Origin: Phoronis australis
Lineage: Eukaryota; Animalia; Phoronida
Assembly (NCBI GenBank): GCA_002633005.1
Contig: NMRA01000104.1
Coordinates: 866,841 to 930,840 of the forward strand
Length of the DNA: 64,000 nt
Reading direction: 5' to 3'
In this document: positions 37,164 through 50,300 of the stretch, piece by piece
How the letters are laid out: each line of letters opens with the position of its first letter
Numbering within the stretch: the first letter of the stretch is position 1
Made by a program: the position numbers and the translations under genes
The notes under the pieces: generated by a model
What the model was told of the DNA's origin: nothing
Seen by the model: the letters and a program-made list of their open reading frames with translations, nothing else
Databases searched by the model: none

Positions 37164-39092
37164 TTAAAGACATCATCTCCATTTCTTCGGAAGCCAACGC
37201 TAGCGTGTATTTTCACGTTATCTCCATATGCAATATTTTGAGTTGAAAACAAGAATGGCATTATCTTGTAATACCGGGCATCAATAGCAATGCCAAACGA
37301 CCATTTCTGGACGATAGTGGGATATAATGTGCCCGTATTTTGAGAAACAGTTTGACGCTCGTTATTCAGTGGAGACAACTAGTTCTCAAAATGCGGACAC
37401 TTTATATCCGAGCTTTCCCGTTGTTTGCAAATTCTAGTTGAGCCGATTGTGGACGAGAATTTCTCGCCACCTGGTGTCTTACATAATCTCGCGATTTTTG
37501 TTGCATATCAACAGTGTATGTATTCGTGACAACGTCAAGAACTACGTCAGTTGACTCAGTCACTGAATTAATATCGCCTATTTTCGGGCAAATTCAATGC
37601 ATTCAAAATTAATTAAATTAAGTCGATGCAGTGTTCCTGTCTGGTTAAAAAGCCGCAGGTAGTTAGATTGTCTTGAGTACGGTTACTTGATAACTAAATT
37701 GGTGCAACTGATCCAAGACCAAGTCTAAATAATCTTGATTGGTATTTCAGACTGATTATTCCGGGCGTCCTGTGCAGTCACGTGACTTAGGAATCGAAAC
37801 AAACTCAAGTGTGACATTTTGGTGTGCTGCGAGTTATTGTTTCTGGTTAGTTTTTGTAAACTGTAACCTCTGGAATTTTCCAGTGGTGGTCGTTATTCTC
37901 GTCTCTGACGATTTGCATTGAGAAGTTCAAATAAAAGGCCTTTGGAAACTGGGCACAGCTCCACAATTTCAGTGATTCAATTCGCTGTCGTTTTGTTTTT
38001 GATCTGCAGGGAACTACTGTAACGTTATCCAAGAGCCACGTGAGAACAAAATGGCGTTGCTAATGGATTTAGGGGTAATAATTTATGTCCGTGATTACAA
38101 CCTCGCGGCGACTGAGTTAAGAAGAGAATATTATATATAGTTTTAAAAAGAGGCTATTGTAGTCTTGTGGTCGGTTACAGTCACATGCTTCAATTGAAAT
38201 ATCTCAAGTCATTTAGCAAAAATACACATGGTTGAATTAGTTAAAGTTCAATAATTTTGTTTTAAAATATTTTCATCTTGTTCGTCATTCGCAGGTAGTG
38301 TTTTACCGAGTTTCCATTAACCATGAAATCATTCATAGTCGTGTACTTCCGAACTTAATTTGCAAAGCGCTTTTTGTTTCTGCATTCCATCTTTATGGTT
38401 TACACGAGGTCGTGACTCGCTAGTCAAGCATGTGAATGATGACGAGACATTGTTCCTGTCCGGATTGTCAACAATACAACGCGTGATAGACCTTTTCTTC
38501 AAACTTCGATAACATGTACAAGTTCTGGGAACATTTTTCAAGCTCGCTTGTAACAGTATGCGACTAAAGTTAACGTTGTTTGATTTGTCGATGTTGTTAA
38601 ATCTTCCCATTGATCGCCTTGTGTGATCTCCAGACGTTCAACATTGAATATGTATTAAATCTGATGCTGGGAATGAGAACCTTTTGTGTGCAACTAGTTG
38701 TTATGAAGTGGATTATACATATATCACCTCACCTATACGAAGTATTGGAAACATTCTCGCAGGTGTTAATGGAAGTGCTTACCCTCTTTGTCACCTGCGA
38801 GGTTGTGGACATTACACTTTTCAAAACAGATAATACTTTTGAATTTGATAGCGTGATGCGCATCCCAGTTTTTCAAAGCGAGAACTGGTCTATAGATAAA
38901 TTGAATTCAAAGAACCCCCCTTGAAACAACCACCTGTGAATTAAACTCTCTTGTTAAACTGCTCCATTAACAAACTAAACGTATGTATCCACGAAAATTC
39001 TGGTACATAGTTTGAAGTCGTCAAATAACGTTCAAAATTAAAAGCCCAGGGGTTATGTTTTCTGCCGTTGACACTTGCTGCCAAGTTGACTT

Positions 39093-39222
39093 GTCACGTG
39101 ACCAATCATTCTTGACAGCCCTCGTTGGACATTTAAATCACAGCGCTTTTACTGGTCATTCAGCGTGGGACTGTCGTTGACGGCTGAGGTCCCGTCTCAC
39201 AGCTCGTCAAAACAAGGTGAGA
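39093..39222 (+). promoter_or_regulatory. Candidate promoter and short first exon (innexin?)
   Basis: GTCACGTGAC palindrome 39093-39102 abutting CCAAT; TATA-like ATTTAAAT 39131; Inr-like TCATTC 39156; donor AAG|GTGAGA at 39217. Confidence 0.45.
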
Positions 39223-39852
39223 CTATAACCGATATGATCTTGGGAATTTTTCAGCAAATTTTTACTGTTTTGCTTCTTTTCATTGCCTTTAACTATGAAT
39301 ACTTTTTCGTGATTAAAATTTTTGCAAAGTTCCGAAAAGTCGAGCTTAGTTTTTATCAAATATTCTGGATGCAGCGTCGTCGTGGAAGGAGCATTGTTGA
39401 GCACCGAACGGTGGAATGGAGTTTCCTCTTGAAACATTGAAATTGCGATAGCGGAATGAACGTCGCGTAGCTGGTTTCATCAGCTGACTTTTCCTACGAA
39501 ACGTTAATGGTCATGCACTTGCGATAGGATGATTTACTGGGTCTTAGCAATGGGGTTTACTACCTGGTCCTCTTCACCACTGCAAGTTTCAAATGTGTCG
39601 ACGCGAGAGTCAACTCGGACGACGCCCAGTCAGTGTCAATGTGTAGAGTCATATTGGGATTATGAAGGTGTTTTTTGTTCTAAGTAAACAATCATCAGAG
39701 TAATCCGTTATTAGCTAAAAGATCTAACGACATCCACCTTTAGAAATACCGTTTTTTTATAAAAAGGAAATCTTGATTAGATTATAAATATTTGTTTTGA
39801 CACTAAGGTGGACGATATAGTGACTGACGCTAATATTTCTATGTTTGGCTTA

Positions 39853-39979
39853 TAGCCGTGGTTAACACAACCACTATTATCTCAGGTAGGTAAAGACAGG
39901 GGTGTCTGTGCACCCATCCCTTTTAGGTGCACCCCTGTCTGCACCGACCTCAAACAATAGTTGTTTTAACCACGGGCTA
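39853..39979. mobile_element. Palindromic MITE-like element
   Basis: TAGCCGTGGTTAA / TTAACCACGGGCTA ends and inner AGACAGGGGTG / CACCCCTGTCT arms. Confidence 0.65.
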
Positions 39980-41679
39980 CTCAGAAAACCGCAGCGTCTT
40001 GGTGCGACAGTGCGTGGCCAATGGGGCAAATAGATAGGTTTTCGTGGTTATCCCTCGGTTCAAAAGTGTACGTGCGCCCATTGTTGGCACATGATCAGAC
40101 CTGTTTTAAACTGAGAAGTCAGTGATTTTGAATCGGCGTTTATTGTTCTTTAGTTTGCTTAACTTTGCTAACTTAATTTGGTGGACATCACCTTTCAGTG
40201 TAATGTTAAATCGTTCACGCCAAACTCCTTTACGGTAGTGTTTACCGCTGGTATTTGTTTTTGAATATTTCTGGATATAATGAATTCACAATGGCGAATA
40301 GCTTAACACGCCAGTATATATCCTCTAGAAACCTTGTCACAGTTGGTCGGCTGTTTGGTTGGCACTCATATTAACTTGTTAAAGTGACCGTCTGTGCCGT
40401 GCTCAAAATGACATCGCATAACTTAACAATTGCCGTCTCTATGGTTACTCGCCGGTCGGGCGATAAATGTGTTAGATCCATGCAGTTAAACTCAGGAGAG
40501 GTTAAAATTCGGAGTATTCAATCGTTAGAGGCGTGTCACGTGGAATAAATTGACTGATACAGCCCGTGATTGGCCTTTTCTTGATTTACAGTCCTCTTAT
40601 GCACATTTGTTACACCAGTGTCGTTCACACCAACCAGTAGCTCTGGTTATGTTAAATGAGTCAAAAAGTAATCTCATCTTGAACAATTCGCATCTTGTTT
40701 GTTTTGACTGGTGAAAATGTAAACTTTGCCGTCAACTTGCAATATTCAATTCGTTGAGTCATTGGCTTTCAGTCAAGTCGATCTCCAACCGACTCAACCT
40801 GTTGGTGAAAGTGGGCGGATGTTTGACATTTAGCCTTTCGATTCAAGAATGTCGTGCGAGCGTTTCTCGTTGACACTTACTGATAAACATGTGTTTATTC
40901 AATATATCGTGAAAAAATAGCTAGTTTTGGATAGATAAGCTTGGAAATGAACAATTTGAAACGACATAGCATTTCACAAAATTAAGCGCTTGTTTTCGGT
41001 TGCGATTCACTCAATTTCAACTAAAGACACAAATTAATTTCCGGAACTCTGTTTTCAAATGTTTTTCATCAAGCAGAACAAGCTGAATGTTGCCTACTGT
41101 ATTACGATCCAGTGGTCGCGGGTTGCAGTAATACGGACGCAAATTGAGACTAAATCCTTCGCGCGTTTGTATCCGTTTATTGTATATTTGTTGTTAGCTA
41201 CTGGTCTTTGGCTAAACACATTATCTTACTATAATATATCCGAAAACCGCGCTTTTATTTCAATTAGAAAAAATAGAGACCATGTATTGCATTGTGTGCT
41301 GAAATTTGCTGACGTTAATTGAGTTGTTGGTTTGTTTCGAAGGAATGGTTGTTGTGAATGGAAGAGCCTAGCGCTCAAGTCAGAGCAATAGTGTTACGAG
41401 TTTTCATCAATTGATATCAAGTTGTACTGTAAAATTACCTCTTGTTCTTCTTGGATTAAGTGACCACACTCTCTCCAGAGTATTATGTCACTGTATAACA
41501 ATGAAGATCAACAAAAACGAGAACAACTATAACAGGTTTAAAAAGATAGATATATATAGTGAACGCCACTTCATGAGAGGTCGGTTAACGTAGCTAGATC
41601 GTTTACAGATAAAGCAATCAGTAAGCGTGTGCTCCAAATGGAGGCACCCGAGTGATGTTACTTCCGAAAGGCAGATAAC

Positions 41680-42142
41680 TTGCTGACTGAGATATCAAGA
41701 GAAGGGACTGATGTAATGCAGCCCGGCAAGCTATTTCAGTCCGCGACAGGGGCAAAATCAGTGTTTATGATCACCGACTTCTTATCATATTTGCAAAACT
41801 TCAGCCGACAGATTTTGCGTCTGTGGCTAAGGATGGACCATTTTAGGGTTTCTAACAATTGAGCCAACGGAGGATAGACCATTGAATAGACTCGTGACCC
41901 AGCGAGCAGCTCTCCTTTGTACTTTCTTTACAGCTGCAATATCTTTTTGGGTATAAGGCTCCCAAACAGTAGAGGCGTATTCCAAGGTGGGTCGAACCAT
42001 TGTTTTATACGCAAACTCCATACTTCTTTGGTTGTTTATACGCAAGTTTCACCGAAGAAAGCCCAGAGTTTTATTTGCTTTCTTCTGAATGTTGCTTATG
42101 TGAGATGACCATTTGAGGTCATGCGAGATGGTAACGCCAAGG
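41680..42142 (-). mobile_element. CR1-group LINE fragment (copy 1)
   Basis: LGVTISHDLKWSSHI..KKANKTLGFLR*...AYKTMVRPTLEYASTVWEPY...VQRRAARWV; in-frame stop and internal deletion. Confidence 0.85.
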
Positions 42143-42949
42143 NCTCAAATTATGGGTGGTTGTTCCTGTAAGAAGTGATGCATTAAAAATGGGTGATATT
42201 TTTTTACCTGTTAATGTTCACAGGTTGGTTACTTCACCCTCAAAACTCAACAAAATGCAATTGGCATTTATCCTAACTTATCCCAAAACAAAAAAGCCCA
42301 TATTGCCAGTGAACAGAGTGCAATATGTTCACTAAGCCATTAATCAAGTCATGGGCAACTTGATTTGAGACAACCGTTTGTCTGCAGTCCTATTGTATTG
42401 AAAAGTTATGCAACACTAAACTGGTGTAAACACATATAAGAAAATTGATGATTTTTAAACAAAAAGTATGAGGAGTAAGATAAACAAGTTTCAATATTCA
42501 CTTGACATAGAAGTATAAAAGAGTTCGTGGAGACAGTTTGAGATTCATAGATCCGAATAATTGAAAAAATGTTCATTGAAATTATAGACACATGGTGAAC
42601 AGAGACACCTGGTGGCTGCCAAAAGTATTGCTCACAGGCTACTTTAGTTTTTGACAATATTGGGCAAGACAACTAGTTCTTGTCTGTCAATTATCTAAGT
42701 TATTAACAGGTCCTCCTGGAGGCAATTTGTTTGCAAGTGTTGGATTTTATATTTTAACCTATCAAAAATAATTAAAAAATTATGGGTCATGGGTTGGAGA
42801 AATAAATGAAAAATATGGACGGTGGGTACAAAATAAAAGTGCCTTCCCCCCTCCCATACAGATTTTGCTGAAACAGCCCTAAAGCAATCAGTAAGCGTGT
42901 GCTCCAAATGGAGGCACCCCACTATGTTACTTCCGAAAGGCAAATAGCT

Positions 42950-43411
42950 TGCTGACTAAGATATCAAGAGAAGGGACTGATGTAATGCAGCCCGGCAAGC
43001 TATTTCACTCCGCGATAGGGGTAAAATCAGAGTTGATGATCACCGACTTCTTATCATATTTGCAAAACTTCAGCCGACAGATTTTGCGTGTGTGGCTAAG
43101 GATGGACCATTTTAGGGTTTCTAACAATTGAGCCAACGGAGGATAGACCATTGAATAGACTCGTGACCCAGCGAGCAGCTCTCCTTTGTACTTTCTTTAC
43201 AGCTGCAATATCTGTTTGGGTATAAGGCTCCCAAACAGTAGAGGCGTATTCCAAGGTGGGTCGAACCATTGTTTTATACGCAAACTCCATACTTCTTTGG
43301 TTGTTTATACGCAAGTTTCACCGAAGAAAGCCCAGAGTTTTATTTGCTTTCTTCTGAATGTTGCTTATGTGGGATGACCATTTTAGGTCATGCGAGATGG
43401 TAACGCCAAGG
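42950..43411 (-). mobile_element. CR1-group LINE fragment (copy 2, probably the other haplotype of copy 1)
   Basis: Near-identical to 41680-42142; the duplicated block is 41610-42142 vs 42880-43411, with an N at 42143. Confidence 0.8.
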
Positions 43412-44208
43412 CTCTCATGTAATAAACATTTCGGATTCTGAAGTCCTTAAATTAGAACTTTGCATGAAAATATCCCTATTTTTAATTATGATAAGAATTC
43501 AAGGGAAATTTCAGTCGCGCTGTGCATCGGAGTTAAAGGCGAAGGTATGTTGACTGACTCGTAAGCAAAAGCAAACGGCGACCGAACTTATCACAACCGA
43601 GGTAGAACAATGACTGACTCGACTGCTCTCACAGATAGACTATATGAAAAGAAATTGGCGCGAAAGTCTTGCCTCCCAGGATAATGTGGTAGAAGCCAGA
43701 CAGTCAAGGCCACAAATTCGCTGAAATTAAGAGAACGTAGTATTAGCAAAGATACTATATCTATAAAATATTTGGTATTAGTCCCTTTGGTGCAATCACT
43801 ATCCCGTGCAACCAGGTACTGGTGGTTTACTGATTCACCGACTGTGAATAACTGCGAACAAACGCGCCCCGTGCAGTGTGTAGTGCGACGCTTTCGAATA
43901 CAATTGAATTGAACAGCTGGTTACTGTTCAATAGGACGAACGCTTTCAATGGGGCCTCCCCGGATTACATGAAGATTCTAGAATCTCGCTGTATTCACAT
44001 TCCTAATCCCCTACTCCTCTGTCAAATTTCCAATGTTGAAGCGACCTCTTTTTGTTGTTGCAAAATCACTAAATTTTACTATTAAAGCATTTTTATTTCT
44101 CAGATTGCAATTAAGTTCATGTAGACAGTTTTTTGTGTGTAGGGAAACTAATTAAACTTAACTCGATTCCTTATCAGGATATGGAAAGTGTTCCGTGGCC
44201 GCGCACCT

Positions 44209-44550
44209 AAACTCCAGTCGCGGTTCCCTGAACCTCAGTCCTGAACTAGGTAACACCAAACCCATTGTCCAAATCCCAGACCCAGGCCCTGAACTCCACG
44301 TGCGTTGACAATGCTCAGTACCCGGTGTCAAAATTCCATAAGCGGCGTCAAAACTTCATATCCGTGCCAAAACTTCAGTGTTCGGGACCAGATTCCTTAC
44401 CCGGACTCCGAGGTCTGGGATTGGAGTTTGGTCACCGGGTGAGGAGCATTTTCGGCGTGGGCATGGAGAGAGGGGTGCGGATCTGAAATTTATACTGGTC
44501 GTGAATTTGGTGTCTATTAGTTAGGGTTTAGGAATCGTAGCTGGAATTTT
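44209..44550. repeat. Degenerate fold-back (long inverted repeat) element
   Basis: AAACTCCAG..GTTCC..CACCAAA pairs with TTTGGTG..GGAATC..CTGGAATTTT; inner AATGCTC..ACCCGGTG / CACCGGGT..GAGCATT. Confidence 0.55.
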
Positions 44551-45447
44551 GAAGTGCCATCATGGAATCGTTTCCACCGCCTGCTGGAAAGTCCGAACAG
44601 TGTCTTAAGCTGGAATTCAAAATGTTGTATTTTGTGGAAATAGTTTTACCAAAAAGTTCGTTGTGACAGTCGTGTGAAGTTCTCGTCCTTTCTAAACACG
44701 GTAAACATTGATGGAAGCGATTATAGCCATATTAAAGTCACACAATCAATTTTTACAGAATATATGAGCAGTCGCGTCATTACCGCAGTCTTGTCAATTG
44801 CTGTTTGATATAGGTATTTGGGTGAACGATCGTTTCCCTAGAAACGTCTTTAAGCGAGTAGAGAATGTCGCCTGGTCCTGATGAACCTTGAGTAGCATTT
44901 AAATATCAAGTATAAAGGTTGTCTGTGTGCGACATTAAAACAAATGGTTTGTTGTGCGTCATCTGAAAAAAAACTACAATCTTGCAAGTGCAACAGGTAC
45001 TGCATACCCATATTATGGCGCCATCTTTTGTCAGAAAGTTAATTTCGTTAAACGATAGCGCCACCTATTCTAAGAAAAATATGGCAAACAAATTAAGAAG
45101 TTTGTCTTCTCGCTCTCTGTTTCCTCTTTTATAGATGCATTCTTGTTGGATCGTCTAAGTTTCATGCTAAGGAGTAAAAATTATTGAGCATTAAAAACAT
45201 TCTAATCTTCTGTCTGTATGTTTGAAATCAACCCCAACGGCCCCGTGTGTTTTGTGTATGTGTAATTCTCGTTCGTTCTTCTGTCTGCTTCAAGTGGTCT
45301 CCATTAAGATTAACATGTTAAAGTTACATGCCACTCCATTTTATAAGTCAACATTATTGCTGAAGATTCAATTCACAGATATTTCCTTTTAATGTCTGGC
45401 TTTTATCATGGTACGACTTCGCTGTAAGGGTCACTTCGTGTTGAGCA

Positions 45448-47304
45448 ATTAGTTCTTATGTGTTAAAAAGCATTATGAAGTCATATTTATTCAAGCTTGG
45501 TTGGTTTACACTTGTGACCAAATCGGACTACGTTAGCGTCACGAAATTAGTTCGAATATAAATCTGATGATAGGTGAATAGAGCGTCAGTGTTTCGCTTT
45601 GGAGGCGGTAGGTGCTATAGCAACTCACGGTCGGCTAGTAGCCCGCCAGTTTCTTGCGAGCAATAAACGCAGCTCAGTAAAATACGAGGCAAAACAGTTG
45701 GCGATCTCCTCAAACCATGTTCCTGACACAGAATGCAGCCAATAATTCGTTTGACCAGACGAACAGGAGCCGATGAACTAAGGGACGACCCTTTCCCTGG
45801 TTTCCGCGTCCCTACTCATCACATATCGCATACTGACGAAGATAACGATCTGGAAGGGTTTGTCTTTACGCTAGTATGTTCCTCAGGTTGCAATGTAGCA
45901 TGATGCCCGCTGATATTCGAAAATACGTCTAGTGAAAATCGCTGAAGGGCCAGTCTTGAAAATCAGTCTTTAAAATTTAATCAATGGAACATTCGTAGAT
46001 AAATAACAGCAATGCCCTCCTAGCTTTCAGATCAAGTCTCTTTAAATCGTCTTCACTAGCTCAAAGTAAGTAGTCTGATGACTGTACTAGAAAAGTCGAT
46101 GGTAAGCTTCAACTGTTGTGTTCAAATCGTCGACTTGTTGTAGATCATCCACTTGAGATGACGGTTACCATTTCTCTGATTTATTGAACCACGTTCTGTT
46201 GAGTGTGGGCATTCTTTCGTTAATGGNCATAGTCATAGAGAGCACTCACGGGGCTTCAGCATCCACACACTTTTTGTCAGTTAGTTGACCCTGTTGACCG
46301 CAATTGTCCACGAATATAGTAACCTTAGGTCTTTTGGGAATTTGTGGCCACCTGTCGAAGACTTGCACCAGGGAAATTAGCAGTAATAAGGCTTAGCGCG
46401 ACGACGTATTTTGATAAAAATTCCATCTTTTACCAGTTGTTTACATGTAGAAAGCCACGCATGCGCAATTCAATCACCACTAGTACAGCAGCGACACCGC
46501 GAGGAGAATTCTCCGAATAGCCCCATTAGTTCTTATGTGTTAAAAAGCATTATGAAGTCATATTTATTCAAGCTTGGTTGGTTTACACTTGTGACCAAAT
46601 CGGACTACGTTAGCGTCACGAAATTAGTTCGAATATAAATCTGGTGATAGGTGAGTAGAGCGTCAGTGATTCGCTTTGGAGGCAGTAGGGGCTATAGCAA
46701 CTCACGGTCGGCTAGTAGCCCGCCAGTTTCTTGCGAGCAATAAACGCAGCTCAGTAAAATACGAGGCAAAACAGTTGGCGATCTTCTCAAACCATGTTCC
46801 TGACACAGAATGCAGCCAATAATTCGTTTGACCAGACGAACAGGAGCCGATGAACTAAGGGACGACCCTTTCCCTGGTTTCCGCGTCCCCACTCATCACA
46901 TATCGCATACTGACGAAGATAATGATCTGGAAGGGTTTGTCATTACGCTAGTATGTTCCTCAGGTAGAAACGTAGCATGATGCCCGCTGATATTCGAAAA
47001 TACGTCTAGTGAAAATCGCTGAAAGGCCAGTCTTGAAAATCAGTCTTTAAAATTAAATCAATGGAGCATTCGTAGATAAATAATAGCAATCATGCCTTCC
47101 TAGCTTTCAGATCAAGTCTCTTTAAATCGTCTTCCCTAGCTCAAAGTAAGTAGTCTGATCACTGTACTTGAAAGTCGATGGTAAGCTTCAACTGTTGTGT
47201 TCAAATCGTCGACTTGTTGTAGATCATCCACTTGAGATGACGGTTACCATTTCTCTGATTTACTGAACCACGTTCTGTCGAGTGTGAGCATTCTTTCGTT
47301 AATG
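45448..47304. repeat. ~780-bp near-identical duplication across an N join
   Basis: 45448-46225 vs 46525-47304, scattered SNPs, N at 46227. Confidence 0.9.
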
Positions 47305-50300
47305 ACTGGCTTCCGGATCACACAATGCTAAGAAGCGAGAGATTTACATTTAAGAGCATCAGTGAAATGTCTACTTTTGTGCACTTGTTATGATAAGTTT
47401 TACGCATCTGTACAACAAATAAACAGTCTCACTATTATTGGATCCGTGCTTCTTTGGTTGTTCTGTATGGAAAGCGAGAGGAATGTTTACATACAGACTG
47501 TGGTGCCCGTCTGTTTGACTATACATACTAGTATAATAACGGTGACACTTGACGCGCTAGAACGGCACAGACTCGTTAGGACGGTTGGTCAGACTATCCA
47601 ATACTGCCCCACTATGATGTGACGGAATATTTGGAACCAATTGCGTAACTAGCATTGGCCTGAGTTAGCTGTCGTGTGGAGGTATGTACCAACGGACTGA
47701 CTGTAGTGTTAGGGTTATTTGGGTTGTAGAAATTGGATAATGCCTGCTCTTGATAACTCTGATAGACGGGTTTAACTCTCAGTTGGGCCACGGACGTTTT
47801 GTCTAGTGTACCCTTATAGGCTGTGCTTGTTGATTCATCGATGATAACTCCAAGGTTGTTGACTTGAGGCGATTGTTATCGAAAATAAACGTGTTCCCAT
47901 TCTCTTGTGAATCTAGTGGCCTTCCTGGACATATATTCCCGTAGATTTGAAAAATGTAGTTTGCCTGTGTTGAGTGTGTTCACGATCAAGAGAAATTTAA
48001 GCTAAACAAGCTTGTTGATGGATTGACGCCAAATCTGAGTGTCGATTTTCAGTACCTATTGAACAAAGTCATAAATTATTAGTTGATTTGTATGAATTAT
48101 GAACTTAGAAACTCATAAGAGCACGGAGTCAATAGTTCTCCATATTGGTCGCCCTGACTGCTGTGGTAACGCAATTCGAATTCTTTTAAAACTTTTGTGC
48201 AATAATGCAGAGATGATTCGATATCGGTTTCTCGTGGTTCACGTAACCACTATCTTACTGCCCCACCAACACGTCTTTGAATTCTAAAGTGGCTTTAAAC
48301 CGTTTTATGTCTTCCGGATTCTGACGGCACTTTTATTTTCAAATAACCGTGAAATATAAACCACCAAGTGAGTGCAAACGTGCACTCTACTTGACAGACA
48401 CTGTATGAATACGATTGACCACTTGAACGTTCAGTTCTCACGTCCTGAGCTAGGTAGTGGTTGTATGTTTTTGAGTGCGCCGTATTAGTTTTCAATGTCG
48501 GAGACATATGAAACGCAAGGACGGGCATTATGTCTGCAGACTGCAGGTCATGCCCATCGACGTACTCTTGGTTTTGATAGGATATCAAAATTAACCTGGA
48601 TTTATAATATAGAGGCTAATGTGATATGACAGTTCTTGATGGCAAGCTGGCACGATACAGGGTAGAATGCAAAAAGTTCGCCAATTTTTACACAATGGAT
48701 ATTATTTACCATGGCTTGAATGTTTTCGTTTCCTATTTTATTCTGGTGTCTATCTACTAACTGTTTGGGGATTATTCTGAGCATTTTAGGGACATTGGAG
48801 AGTTTAAACAACTGATTTCCCAGCCTTTTATCGAATGGTTCAGATCACGCTGTCGAAAACCATTACAGGTTGGTATCATTGCTATGGCCACTTGTGAACA
48901 GTTAAATATTCATATTCAGCTTTCTTACTAAAATAAGCAAGTGAATTGTGTAAAATGAGCGTGACCCTGAAACAGCGACACCAGCGTTAGGTACTGATAT
49001 TACCGTAAGTGTGAGAGGAACTATGCACAACAGAGGGGGGTAAATAAGCATACAAAACTTATGAAATACCAAATGATAAAGTGTAGGCATTCACAACCTT
49101 GGTATAAAAATGTGTTAAAGAATTCATAATGGTTTCAAGGTGACGTCTTGCCCTTCTAGGGGCTTAGTCCACATTGAAACTCCTCCGTGGTGGTAGACTT
49201 GGAAGCTAAGTTTACGTTACCAATTTCTACCAGCAACAAGTTAACAGACTGTTCATAGTATTTGGGTGGGGGTCGCAGAATGTGGCCGTCTAAGAAATGA
49301 AAACTTTAAGTTTACTTAAGATGGCTAGTATGTGGTAAAAATGAAACCATCTCGTATAAATGTTAATAAATCATATTTTAACACTTTTGAATTGTTTGAA
49401 ACTGAAACTAGAAAATTTTTTACTAGTTTTCACGTTTTGTTTTTATCGTCAACAAGTAATTTTCAACGAGTGTTAGAAATAACCACATCATGCGGACTTG
49501 GGGAATTTTTGCATCCGGGTCAGAGACCATGGTTCTTTTGGGATGTATAACGGAGAACAATTGGGTTAGATTGAATTTTAACCGTTTCATTCGCCTAACT
49601 CGGATCCAGCAACTACATTATTAAGTACGAAATGTTCCTGTTCGTTTTTACTAATTTGGTCACCGCCTTTTAAACTCGCTTGAAAATATGATTTTGTAGG
49701 ATGGTAATTGTTTCTTTCAGTCTCATGTCGATTTTTCTGTTACTGAAGTGTCGTTTTGTTGTTATTAATTAGAGACATTGATATTTCAGAAAATATAAGT
49801 TGCAGTTTTATGTTAAGCAGATATTTCTGCCGTGAACTATAAAATGCGATACTGGTAGAATCCCACCATGTTACTCAAATCAGTTTAAAATACATTAATG
49901 AAACATTTCGAGTCTCGACTGAGTCACTAGTCCATCTTATTCATTGGTGTTGGCCATAAGAGCCCACTTCACTCGGTAAGCTCTCGTACAAATATTAGAT
50001 GTTAGGATTCCATCGTTAGGATTCCATCGCCTTCATTCGAAATTGTCTAGAGAAGTGAAAGCCGTTTACAAGCGAGTGTAGGCAATGTCATGTTATGACG
50101 TGGGCGGACTTCACAGTGTATGAGGAGGCATTAGGTAACGCGTAATTTGGCTATAGAGACATGTAACTGTTGACTGCGCTTGCATCACATCCTGTCACCA
50201 GGTGGCGAGACCATCTCGCCCATAAGTCGGCTCACCTAGAACTGCCTTACATCATGTAGAAACATGACCACATTTCGCGAGTCTGCTGAAACAAAGTACG

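Noticed and set aside
45826-45880. Hammerhead-like core CTGACGA-AGAT/ATCT-GGAA
   Set aside because: GAAA is replaced by GGAA, and stem III and the cleavage triplet do not align with stem I.
47708-47717. Telomerase-template-like TAACCCTAAC on the minus strand
   Set aside because: No pseudoknot, CR4/5 or H/ACA domain is visible downstream.
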